A DNA stretch of 64,000 nt, taken from positions 1,682 to 65,681 of the forward strand of contig DATKRK010000356.1 of NCBI GenBank assembly GCA_035532215.1, in the 5' to 3' direction. Positions 1 through 8,498 of this stretch are shown here, piece after piece. Each line of letters starts with the position of its first letter. Position 1 is the stretch's first letter. Made by a program: the position numbers and the translations under genes. The DNA comes from Pirellulales bacterium (lineage in GTDB: Bacteria > Planctomycetota > Planctomycetia > Pirellulales > JAICIG01). The notes beneath the pieces were generated by a model. That model was not told where the DNA came from and searched no databases. It worked only from the letters and a program-made list of their open reading frames with translations.

Positions 1-557
1 ATCAAGCCGAACCGATCGCCCAGCCGCTCCATGTGAATGCAGGCGCTGTCGTAGGTCGTGACCGAGACAGGCCGCACGCGAAACACGTTGTCGCCGATGA
101 TGCCCGCGTCGTAGCCCAGTCGCTCGTGAATTCGCCGCTGCCACTGATACATCAGGTCTCGCACAGGCGCCACGATCAGCGTCGAGACGGCCGTCTGGTG
201 CATGATTGCCAAGGCGACTTCGGTCTTGCCCGTGCCGGTGGGCATCACGATCAAGGCCCGCCGCGTCTGGTTCCAGGCCGCCACGGCGTCTTGCTGCTCG
301 GGCCGCAGCGCGTGCAGATCGACCTTCGGCCAGGCGATCGCGTGCCACTGCGGTACGCCATCTTCGATCGCTAGCCGGCATCGCTCGGCCCGCTCTCGCA
401 CGGCCGTATATTCCAGGGCATCGATGCGCCAGCCGCTGGCCCGCCGATCCCAGACCCACGGCAATTCGCCGAACGCCTTGCGCACCGCCGCCGCGTGCGC
501 CTGCTCCAAGAGCAGCGTTCCGGCGGCAAAAGACAATCGCGGCGTAGGGGCGTGCAT
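1..557 (-). CDS. SF2 DEAD/DEAH-box helicase, XPB/Rad25 (ERCC3)-like; 5' part only, gene continues past the window start
   Basis: Own reverse-strand translation from ATG at 555-557: MHAPTPRLSFAAGTLLLEQ...LRPEQQDAVAAWNQTRRALIVMPTGTGKTEVALAIMHQTAVSTLIVAPVRDLMYQWQRRI. It has Walker A/motif I (PTGTGKT) and motif Ia (LIVAP). It is absent from the ORF track because no stop codon lies in the window. Confidence 0.7.
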   Translation of the reverse strand, partial: MHAPTPRLSFAAGTLLLEQAHAAAVRKAFGELPWVWDRRASGWRIDALEYTAVRERAERCRLAIEDGVPQWHAIAWPKVDLHALRPEQQDAVAAWNQTRRALIVMPTGTGKTEVALAIMHQTAVSTLIVAPVRDLMYQWQRRIHERLGYDAGIIGDNVFRVRPVSVTTYDSACIHMERLGDRFGL

Positions 558-815
558 TGAGACGACCAGGCAAACCGCAAACAGGCGGCCAAACCTTCAG
601 AATAGCCGCGCGGGTCGGCATGCACTACTTTGGGACGCAAGAACGGCAATCAGTCGGCGAAACGCAAATCACAAACGACCGCCCGGCGATCGGAATCGAC
701 CGAGAGATCCGGCGTGCGGCGTAAAGCAAGGCGGAGATCGAAAACCTGGCTGGCCAGCCCGAGGCGGCAACGTGCAACATTCCGCCGATTCTAACTTGCG
801 AAACGCCCTGCCGCG

Positions 816-2465
816 CTATTTCGGCTGGTCAGAGCCGCGTGTTTCAGATTGAGGCGCAGCAGCGGGCGGCTTCGGGCGTTCGCGCGAGTCAACGCCGAAC
901 AGCGTTTCCACGCCCGCGGGCGAAGGAGCTGGCTCGCGTTGCGGCTCATCCTGCGGCTCGTCGCCGACCATCGGCGGTTCGGCTTCTCGCCGGGCCGTTT
1001 TGGCCTTTCGCTCGCGGGCCTCGACAAGCGCCTTGCGCCGGGCGGCGAAATTTTGACGTCGCTGCATCCGAGAAGATAAACGCCGCGGAGGCGGAGGGGG
1101 ATGCAGTACGAGATTCAGTTCCAAGTCGGCACTGGGTGCGCCAAGGATCGGAGGAACGTCGAGTAGCGGGCTCGGTTCTTCCTCATCGACCGCTGGCGCT
1201 GCTTCCGGGCTTTGAGGGGCTGCCAGGTCCGGTTTCCGCCTGGCTGCCGGCGGCAAAGGCGGCGCCCCGCCTTGCGAAACGGTCGGCCGTGGCTCGGCCT
1301 GTGGGCTTGTCCCGTCCTTCTCGGGCGGCGCGTCGGCGCCTTGCGAATTCGCCGGCTCGACGCGGCCTTCAGCTTGGGCGGAAGTTCGAACGCTCGCGGC
1401 GCCTTCGCTCGACGAGACAGTCTGATTTCCAACCGACCCAGGCGCTGCCAGCGGGGCCACGCGATCGGCCAAAGAGCGTTGCCCGGCGAACTCCGGCTCG
1501 ACGATTGCCGGGCGTTCGTCCGGCCCCGCCCTGTGGTCTTCCGTCAGGGCCTGCGTGCTTCTTTGCTCGATCATCGTCCGAGCGATGGAGCGATGCGGCG
1601 CCGCGGCGGGCGAATCGAGCTTGGCTGCGGCGACCAATCCTGCCGGCGCTCGATCCGCGGGCGCTTGCTCTGCCGGCGGCCGATGCGCGGCAAATTGCCA
1701 GCCGGCGAGTGCGCCGATGCCGGTCAAGGCGGCGGCGGCGATTTTGAATTTGCCGGCGGTCGCCAACCGGGCGAAGCCGGTGGGCGCGGCGGCGGCAAGT
1801 TTTTTCGCGGCGGCGGCCTTCAGCAATTCGCCCGCAGCGGGCAGAGCATCGGGCGCCGCCGCCGACGCGACATTTTCGATGAGCGCGGCGAAGACGGCCG
1901 CAGAAAGCACGAAGCCGCGCCGGGCCAGCCGGCTGTGCAACAGCGATCGGCCTCGCTCCAGCCGGCGGCGAATGGTGGCATGGCTCAGCCCTAGCAGTCT
2001 GGCCGCCTCTTGCTGCGTCTTGCCTTCCAAATGGCAGAGCACCAACGGCGACTGAAACTCTTCGGGCAGCGCGGCCAACTCCTGGTCGAGTGCTTTCAGG
2101 ATTTCGGTCTGGCTCGTTCGCTCGCGTTCAGCTTCCAGCCGATTGGCGGCGAAGGTTTGCTCCGTGCGTCGCCGCGACTGCTGTCGGCGGCACGATTCAA
2201 TCGCTTTGTTGAAAGCCACGCGATAGAGCCAGCTTCCGAGCGTTGCGCTGCGCCAACGGCGACGGCTCAGTTTGGGCGCCTTGACGGCCAGCATTACGAA
2301 TGTGGCCTGGCAAGCATCGTCGGCGCCGGCCGGGTCGCCCATCACGCGCTCGCAAATCCCCCGCACCATCGCCCCGTGCCGGCAGACGACGGTCGAAAAC
2401 GCCGCCTCATCCCCTTCGGCCACGAAGCTTTGCAATAGCTCGAAGTCGGTTTTGTCCATCCGCAC
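816..2465 (-). CDS. ECF (sigma-70 family, group 4) RNA polymerase sigma factor with ~350 aa C-terminal extension (TM segments, Ala/Pro-rich)
   Basis: N-terminus has region 2 (DDACQATFVMLAVKA, WLYRVAFNKAIE) and region 4 HTH (LCHLEGKTQQEAARLLGLSHATIRRRLERGRSLL). Hydrophobic stretches and low-complexity P/A-rich sequence follow. Confidence 0.85.
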   Translation of the reverse strand: MRMDKTDFELLQSFVAEGDEAAFSTVVCRHGAMVRGICERVMGDPAGADDACQATFVMLAVKAPKLSRRRWRSATLGSWLYRVAFNKAIESCRRQQSRRRTEQTFAANRLEAERERTSQTEILKALDQELAALPEEFQSPLVLCHLEGKTQQEAARLLGLSHATIRRRLERGRSLLHSRLARRGFVLSAAVFAALIENVASAAAPDALPAAGELLKAAAAKKLAAAAPTGFARLATAGKFKIAAAALTGIGALAGWQFAAHRPPAEQAPADRAPAGLVAAAKLDSPAAAPHRSIARTMIEQRSTQALTEDHRAGPDERPAIVEPEFAGQRSLADRVAPLAAPGSVGNQTVSSSEGAASVRTSAQAEGRVEPANSQGADAPPEKDGTSPQAEPRPTVSQGGAPPLPPAARRKPDLAAPQSPEAAPAVDEEEPSPLLDVPPILGAPSADLELNLVLHPPPPPRRLSSRMQRRQNFAARRKALVEARERKAKTARREAEPPMVGDEPQDEPQREPAPSPAGVETLFGVDSRERPKPPAAAPQSETRGSDQPK

Positions 2466-2933
2466 CGCGCTGCTCCTGAACCTGACGCCAAGTCCCCGTC
2501 GGCTTAGGCAATCATCCTATAGCTAGACGCGCCGCGGGGTCAAATTTGCGCAGTTTTTTTGGATGGCGTGGATGAGGATTACTGGAAAACGAGGAGTAGC
2601 GCCAGACTTGGCCGGTGGGATTGACCGACGAGCCGCTCCGAGGGGCGTGCTATACCTGGCGCGCGGGCGCGCCCAACCGCACTGGCTGGAGGCGCCGACA
2701 AAGCCCGCGGCCGAAGCGATGTAAATTCTCTGGCAGGAAAGCCTTCGATTCGACCTCCAAACTGCGTATCGCAGGAAGGCACGCCATTTGCCGCGGGTGG
2801 CAGTATTGACGAACCTGTTCCCCCTGCCAGGCGGGAACGCGTTCAAGGATTTTGGCTTGGGGCGAAAGACCGCGAATGGAGCGTTTCCCGCGGCGCCCCG
2901 TGCAAAATCACCTGCCAAAAAAGGAGGCGTAAC

Positions 2934-3389
2934 ATGGCCTTTTCGTTGATGCCGCGACGCGCGAGAACATTGCCTCGGCCGTTCGAACGAGTCGTCGAAG
3001 AAATGGAAGATTTGATGGAGCGTTTCTGGGAAGAAGGCGACGGTCGCCGGATGAAGCTGGAGGCATTCCATCCGCGAGTCAATCTGGCGGAAAAGGAGGG
3101 CGGCTTCGAGCTGACCGCCGATCTGCCAGGCATCAAGCCCGAAGACATCAAGGTCGAAATGCAAAACGGCAACTTGATGATTTCGGGCGAGCGCAAGGAA
3201 GAGAAAGAAGAGAAAGGCAAAACGTTCCACCTGGTGGAAAGCAGCTACGGCTCGTTTTACCGCTCGATTCCGCTTCCGACCCCCGTCGAAGAAGGCAAGA
3301 TTGCAGCGAAATTCACCGACGGCGTGCTGCACGTCACGCTGCCGAAGAGCGAGAAGGCAAAGCCCAAGCAGATCGCCGTCAAGAGCTGA
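2934..3389 (+). CDS. Hsp20/alpha-crystallin family small heat-shock protein
   Basis: 151 aa. Alpha-crystallin domain motifs are FELTADLPGIKPEDIKVEMQNGNLMISGERK and GSFYRSIPLP...AKFTDGVLHVTLPK. A strong AGGAGG Shine-Dalgarno precedes the ATG. Confidence 0.95.
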   Translation: MAFSLMPRRARTLPRPFERVVEEMEDLMERFWEEGDGRRMKLEAFHPRVNLAEKEGGFELTADLPGIKPEDIKVEMQNGNLMISGERKEEKEEKGKTFHLVESSYGSFYRSIPLPTPVEEGKIAAKFTDGVLHVTLPKSEKAKPKQIAVKS

Positions 3390-3463
3390 GCGGCGGCTCG
3401 CAGGCTGCCTGGCGTCCGGGCTTGTGCTGTCCGCGGGCGCCCACGAGACCTTGATGGAGCTTT

Positions 3464-3516
3464 GTGGGGCGGCCTTCCAGGCCGTCCATTGCCGACGGCC
3501 TGGAAAGCCGCCCCAC
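3464..3516. repeat. Palindromic repeat family D (GTGGGGCGGCCTTCC...GGAAGGCCGCCCCAC); likely bidirectional terminator between convergent genes
   Basis: A 23-bp stem with one mismatch (3464-3486 / 3494-3516) surrounds a 7-nt loop. A second family member lies at 50295-50349. Both follow stop codons of + strand genes and face a convergent - strand gene. Confidence 0.7.
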
Positions 3517-3603
3517 GACCAAACAAGCACGCCGTCGAGTCGCGGCCGAAAGTTGCGACTCGACGGCGTCTTGCCGTTTCGACGGTTCGAACGGCCCCGC
3601 GAA

Positions 3604-4080
3604 TTACCACGGGCCTCGAACGGAGTAGATGCCCAGTTGGTCGGTGCCGTGCGGCCAGACCGGGGCCGGCAGAAATCCGCGGCCGCCGGCAACATAAGGG
3701 CCGGGATAAGCGCGCTGGAATTGATGCCAGATCGGCGTGACGCTGGTCTGTGCAACGCCCCAGTTGTAATGCGTCTGCAACTCGGCGGTCGGCGGAACGA
3801 CCAGGGCCGCCGGTTCGCCCCACATCACGTCGTAGTAGCCGCCGTCCCAAGGCGTATAGGCCGACTCTCGCCGGGCGATGCGATCGGCCCGGCCTCCGTG
3901 GGCGCAATGTACCGGGTGCTGGCGGCAGCCGTGTTTGCCGCAGACGCCGCAGGCGTGAGCGCCGCAGCTTCCGTTTTCGCAACGTTTCTTGGCGAGCAAA
4001 CCGCCCGCATCAGCCTCGCTGCACAAGAGCGCCGCCGCGCAGGCCATCACCGCCGCGGCGCTTACGAATCGTGCTTGCAT
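3604..4080 (-). CDS. Secreted hypothetical protein (signal peptide, Cys/His-rich N-terminal segment)
   Basis: Internal ATG of ORF 3604..4605 gives MQARFVSAAAVMACAAALLCSEADA, a signal-peptide-like start. CENGSCGAHACGVCGKHGCRQHPVHCAHG follows. The upstream part of the long ORF is Arg/Pro-rich junk. Confidence 0.6.
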   Translation of the reverse strand: MQARFVSAAAVMACAAALLCSEADAGGLLAKKRCENGSCGAHACGVCGKHGCRQHPVHCAHGGRADRIARRESAYTPWDGGYYDVMWGEPAALVVPPTAELQTHYNWGVAQTSVTPIWHQFQRAYPGPYVAGGRGFLPAPVWPHGTDQLGIYSVRGPW

Positions 4081-4178
4081 GTTGGATGTTCCTTCCTGTT
4101 GTTCGCTGCCTGATCGCCTGCGACGCCGCATGCCGCTGCCACGAGACTCAGCGACGTCGAAATCGCGTTGGGCTCGGC

Positions 4179-4562
4179 TTAGTGGACGTTCATGAGATCG
4201 ATTTGCGGGGTGGGATAGCGATACCAAACCCGCCCCGGAAACCTCGCTCCGCCCCAACGCACCGTGGTCTTGTTCACCGGCAAGCGGTGCGCGCTGTCGT
4301 AGCGGCGGTACGTGCGTTTGTGCGGGTAGAGCATCTCGTGGGGCATCAGCGGCTGGTAGGTGATGTACGTATGCCCGACCAGAGGCGGCGTGGGCCGCGG
4401 GCTGATGTAGAGCTGCGCCGGCGGGCCGCCGTTGGCGCCGGGCACGTAGTAGTTGTAGAACAGATCGGCGGCGTGGGCGGCCTGGCTGCCGGCCCAACCG
4501 AGGGCCAGGGCCATCCCCAGGGCCGCCGCAGCCCATCGTATTGACGTCCGTGTAAACGACAT
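4179..4562 (-). CDS. Secreted hypothetical protein (Tyr/Pro-rich; resembles a planctomycete-conserved family)
   Basis: 127 aa. Signal peptide is MSFTRTSIRWAAAALGMALALGWAGSQAAHA. The mature part reads LFYNYYVPG...QLYISPRPTPPLVGHTYITYQPLMPHEMLYPH. Confidence 0.65.
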   Translation of the reverse strand: MSFTRTSIRWAAAALGMALALGWAGSQAAHAADLFYNYYVPGANGGPPAQLYISPRPTPPLVGHTYITYQPLMPHEMLYPHKRTYRRYDSAHRLPVNKTTVRWGGARFPGRVWYRYPTPQIDLMNVH

Positions 4563-4889
4563 TGATCGCTCCTTGCTGCGCGGGATCTCTGGCTCGGCGA
4601 GGCATGTTTGCCCCTAAAAATGTCTCGGCAAGGGGCGGCGGAACGAGTCAATCTTTATTTACCGGCCGTTGCGATCGTACCCAGTTTGCCGCACGCGTCC
4701 GCCAAAAGCCGCCTGGGAAGGGCTTTCGAAAGACGTTACAATCGGCGCAATCGAAAACTCTTTCGCCGGCCGCCCGGCTCGCCCTCTTTCAGCCCTGCGG
4801 CACGCCTTCGCCGCGTGAATAATATCCACGGGCGAAAGAGCGCCTGGGAACGGACACTCTCGCCACGGAAACGATACGGAGTTCATCTT

Positions 4890-7025
4890 TTGGCAAGCTT
4901 GAAAGACAGGAAGACTTTGACGGACGAAGCTCCGGTCGCCGATGCTTCCGCGAACGGCTCGTCGGAACATTTGGATTCTTCGGCAGAGTCTCATGCCGGC
5001 AACGGCGCCGCGAACGGCAACGGCGCCGCGAACGGCAACGGCGCCGCGGCAGGCGGCGCCGCGAGCCCCCGCCGCCGGGCTACGGCCGAGTCGATGGCCG
5101 CCAGCCAGCGCGATATTTCGGTCAGCGAGTTCTTCGCCAAGAATCGGCACCTGCTCGGCTTCGACAACCCGCGAAAAGCCCTGTTGACCACGATCAAGGA
5201 GGCGGTCGACAATTCGCTCGATGCCTGCGAGGAGGCCGGCATTCTGCCCGAGGTCTGGGTGCATATCGAACAGACCTCGCCGAACCGCTTCAAGGTCGGC
5301 GTGCAGGACAACGGGCCGGGCATTCTCAAGGCGCAAATTCCCAACATCTTCGGCAAGCTGCTCTACGGCTCGAAATTCCACCGGCTGCGAATGAGCCGCG
5401 GCCAGCAGGGCATCGGCATCAGCGCGGCCGGCATGTATGGCGTGCTCACGACCGGCAAGCCGGTGAAGATCATTTCGAAGGTTTCGCCGCGCAAGCCGGC
5501 CCACTACTACGAAATCCAGATCGACACCAAGAAGAACAAGCCCGAGATTCTCAACAATCGGGGGGAAGGCATCGACGTCCCCCCCGGCGAGGCGGGCCGG
5601 AAGGCGATCGAAAAGCACGGCATCGAGTGGATCGAGCAAGACCACGGCACGCGCGTGACCATCGAGTTGGAAGCCCGCTACACGCGCGGCCGCGGCAGCG
5701 TCGATGAGTATCTGGAACAGACGGCGATCGCCAACCCGCACGTCACGATCCGCTACAAGGACCCCGACGGCAACGAAACAAACTACGAGCGGGCCGCCGA
5801 GAAGCTGCCGGCCGAGCCCAAAGAGATCAAGCCGCACCCCTACGGCGTCGAACTGGGCATGCTGCTGACGATGCTCAAAGACACGAAGGCGAGCACGCTT
5901 TCGCAGTTTTTGACGCAGAGCTTTTCGCGCGTCAGCCCGGCCGTCGCCAGCAAGATTTGCGAAACGGCCAAGCTGGGCGTGCGGGCTTCGCCGACGCGGA
6001 TCGGGCGGCACGAGGCCGACTCGCTGTACCAGGCGATCCAGCAAACCAAGATCGGCGCGCCGACCACCGACTGCGTCGTGCCGATCGGCGAAGAACTGCT
6101 GCTCAAGGGCTTGCACAAGGTCGTGCCGGGCGAGTTTTACGTGGCCGCCACGCGTCCGCCGGCCGTGTATCGCGGCAACCCGTTCGTGATCGAGGCGGCG
6201 CTGGCCTATGGCGGCGTCTCGTCGGCCCAAAAGGTCTCGCTCGAAGCGCTCACCGAACTGCTCGGCGAAAGCGACGCCCGCACGCTGCGGCAGTTTCTGA
6301 TCGGCACGTTCAACGGGGTCGGCCCCGACGCGGCGGAGAAAATTCTCACCGAAGCCAACCTGGGGCCGCGCGCCACGCCGGCCAAGTTGAAGGCCGCCGA
6401 GATCGCCAAGCTGCACACGGCGATGCGCTCGGTGAGCCTGGAAGAAGGCCAGACGATGAACGTGCTGCGCTACGCCAACCGCGTGCCCTTGCAGTTCCAG
6501 CAGGGCGCCTGCGCGATCACGCAGACGATCACCAGCACCAACTGGCGGGCCTACGGGCTGAGCCAATCGCGCGGCGGGCTGCCCAGCGGGCCCGTCACGG
6601 TGATGGTCCACATCGCCAGCGTCTGGGTGCCGTTCACCAGCGAATCGAAAGAGGCGGTGGCTTCGTACCCGGAGATTCAAAAGGAACTGCGGCTCGCGCT
6701 GCAGGCGGTCGGACGCAAGTTGAACATGTACTTGCGGCGGCGGCTGAAGGTGAAGCAAGAAGGCGAGCGGCGGAGCCTGTTCCTGCGCTACCTGGGCGAG
6801 GTCGCCGGCGCTGTCAGCGAGATCAACCAGACCGACCGCAAGGCGCTTTACGACCGGCTGATGGACGTCGCCAAACGGAAGACGGCCGAGGCCGACGCCC
6901 GTTTCGACGACCGCGGCCGCAAAGTAGTCGAAGACGAGGAGGAGGATTTCGGCGACAACGTGTTGATCATCAAGCAGCCCGAAGAAGAACCGCCGGCGCC
7001 CGGCGCAGAAGCGAAGCCCGCCTAG
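4890..7025 (+). CDS. top6B: DNA topoisomerase VI subunit B (GHKL ATPase, type IIB topoisomerase)
   Basis: Bergerat-fold motifs are VSEFFAKNRHLLGFDNPRKALLTTIKEAVDNSLDACEEAG, VQDNGPGI and GQQGIGISAA, with a transducer region after them. Start is uncertain: TTG at 4890 has GGAG 8 nt upstream, and a conservative ATG lies at 5094. The ORF is open from 4608. Confidence 0.9.
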   Translation: MASLKDRKTLTDEAPVADASANGSSEHLDSSAESHAGNGAANGNGAANGNGAAAGGAASPRRRATAESMAASQRDISVSEFFAKNRHLLGFDNPRKALLTTIKEAVDNSLDACEEAGILPEVWVHIEQTSPNRFKVGVQDNGPGILKAQIPNIFGKLLYGSKFHRLRMSRGQQGIGISAAGMYGVLTTGKPVKIISKVSPRKPAHYYEIQIDTKKNKPEILNNRGEGIDVPPGEAGRKAIEKHGIEWIEQDHGTRVTIELEARYTRGRGSVDEYLEQTAIANPHVTIRYKDPDGNETNYERAAEKLPAEPKEIKPHPYGVELGMLLTMLKDTKASTLSQFLTQSFSRVSPAVASKICETAKLGVRASPTRIGRHEADSLYQAIQQTKIGAPTTDCVVPIGEELLLKGLHKVVPGEFYVAATRPPAVYRGNPFVIEAALAYGGVSSAQKVSLEALTELLGESDARTLRQFLIGTFNGVGPDAAEKILTEANLGPRATPAKLKAAEIAKLHTAMRSVSLEEGQTMNVLRYANRVPLQFQQGACAITQTITSTNWRAYGLSQSRGGLPSGPVTVMVHIASVWVPFTSESKEAVASYPEIQKELRLALQAVGRKLNMYLRRRLKVKQEGERRSLFLRYLGEVAGAVSEINQTDRKALYDRLMDVAKRKTAEADARFDDRGRKVVEDEEEDFGDNVLIIKQPEEEPPAPGAEAKPA
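4998..5048 (+). repeat. 18-nt in-frame tandem repeat (GGCAACGGCGCCGCGAAC x ~2.8) encoding GNGAAN repeats in the top6B N-terminal extension
   Basis: Direct reading gives units at 4998-5015 and 5016-5033, with a partial third unit. Confidence 0.85.
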
Positions 7026-7081
7026 AAGCAGACCGCGGGCTCGAAACCTAAAGGTTGAGCCGACAATGGGGGCGGGGCGGC

Positions 7082-7384
7082 ATGGCTGAGAAGCGGCGTA
7101 AGGCGGGCGGGCGTTATACTGAGCCCGATTTACCCGACCGAGTAATAGGTCGGCAAGGTGCAGTAACCATCGAGCATTTTTATCGCAGCGGAGATCATGG
7201 GCCGCCCCATCTGCACGTGAGCGGCGGCGGAGCATCGACTCGCATCGGCCAAAATGGACGGATCCTGAAAGGCGGCTCGTCGCTCACTGCCGTCCAACAG
7301 CAAGCCGTTGACGAATATCGAACGGCGATGCGCAAGGCTTTGAGAAAAATTGGGCGATGGCACTGGTTCGACCGCCTGCCATAA
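7082..7384 (+). CDS. Small hypothetical protein, DUF4160-like (HxPPHxHV motif)
   Basis: The segment IEHFYRSGDHGPPHLHVSGGGASTRIGQNGRILKGGSSLTAVQQQAVDEYRTAMRKAL resembles the DUF4160 layout. That layout is (F/Y)xxxxHxPPHxHV followed by a short beta region and a helix. The ORF is open from 7055. GC is lower than in neighbours. Confidence 0.45.
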   Translation: MAEKRRKAGGRYTEPDLPDRVIGRQGAVTIEHFYRSGDHGPPHLHVSGGGASTRIGQNGRILKGGSSLTAVQQQAVDEYRTAMRKALRKIGRWHWFDRLP

Positions 7385-7410
7385 TAAATTGAAACCGTGG
7401 GGATCATGCA

Positions 7411-8166
7411 GTGGCGATTGCCAACCCGAACAACGAGCCGATCACCGTCACCCCCGAGCCGGCGCCCGCGGCTTCGTTGATTCACGACTCGACGCACATT
7501 ATCCTGCGGGGAACGACTGGCGGAAAGCATCAAGCGATTGCGGCCGCGTTGATTCGCAACGCGGTGCATCAGCGGCTTGCCGCCGACGACCGCGAAGCCG
7601 TGCGCTGGTTCTGCCAGCACCCTGAAGCCCCTGAAGATCTGTTGGTGGAGCTTTGCGATCGAGGCGTATGCCTGGATGAACTCGGCCATCGCCAAGGTCC
7701 GCGAAAGCTGTTGGAAAAAATGGCCGACGAGCATCGCTATCCCGAGGCGATTCTTTCGTTGGCAATTTGCTTGTTCGAAGACTCCGGCGAGCCTGCCGAG
7801 CGGTTTGCCGAGTTCTTGAACCGCCATATCAAAAATGAATGGTTGCTCGAAACGCTGGCGCGTCGAGGCACGGCTTCGTCCGCCGAAAAGGAGGCGGCTT
7901 TCCGTATGGCGATCGCCGGCCATCCTCGCGAGAAGGAGTTCATGGACCTGCGCGAGATCGGCGCGTTCGCCCGGCGGGCGGCGGAAACGCGAGATGCGGC
8001 GGAAATGGAACGGCTATTCGCCGCGGACGATCCGCAGGTCTGGCGCGCGCTGGCGTCGAATCGCGCCGCGCCGCGCGAATTGCTGGAAAAGCTGGCCTCG
8101 GTCGAAGGCGTAAAGAACGCGCGCGAGATCCGCAACCTGGCGCGAGAGAGACTGAGGGGCCGCTAA
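7411..8166 (+). CDS. Hypothetical alpha-helical repeat protein (LRV/HEAT-like repeats)
   Basis: 251 aa. C-terminal units such as DDPQVWRALASNRAAPRELLEKLA resemble leucine-rich-repeat-variant motifs. No catalytic motif was recognised. Confidence 0.5.
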   Translation: MAIANPNNEPITVTPEPAPAASLIHDSTHIILRGTTGGKHQAIAAALIRNAVHQRLAADDREAVRWFCQHPEAPEDLLVELCDRGVCLDELGHRQGPRKLLEKMADEHRYPEAILSLAICLFEDSGEPAERFAEFLNRHIKNEWLLETLARRGTASSAEKEAAFRMAIAGHPREKEFMDLREIGAFARRAAETRDAAEMERLFAADDPQVWRALASNRAAPRELLEKLASVEGVKNAREIRNLARERLRGR

Positions 8167-8186
8167 GCCGATCGTAGGCTCGAAGT

Positions 8187-8432
8187 ATGCTGACCATCAG
8201 AAAACAAAAAACCGAAACGGGGTTTTATTACGAAGTCGAAGATTTCCCCGCCTATGCTCACGCGCTCGCCGAACGAGGACTAAAAGCTCCCGCAGCGCGC
8301 TATCGAGTCTTCATTTCGTTCGACGACGAGCGAGAATTTCGCGCCGCGGCGTGCGATTGGGAAGAACAAATCAAATCGTTTTTTACGCTCGGGACGGCGA
8401 CGAACATTCCCTGCGAAATCGTCGGTCCCTGA
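8187..8432 (+). CDS. Hypothetical small protein (81 aa)
   Basis: Clean ATG ORF in a lower-GC stretch just upstream of top6A. No recognisable motif. Confidence 0.45.
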   Translation: MLTIRKQKTETGFYYEVEDFPAYAHALAERGLKAPAARYRVFISFDDEREFRAAACDWEEQIKSFFTLGTATNIPCEIVGP

Positions 8433-8498
8433 GCGGGTTCGGTCGGCGACGCCGCTCGAACGTTCGGCATTCATCAAAAAAACAGAGAACGGAATCCT

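Noticed and set aside
4659-7235. 858-aa ORF on the - strand
   Set aside because: It is antisense to the clearly homologous top6B gene. The sequence is Arg/Gly/Ala-rich with no motifs, a typical shadow ORF of GC-rich DNA.
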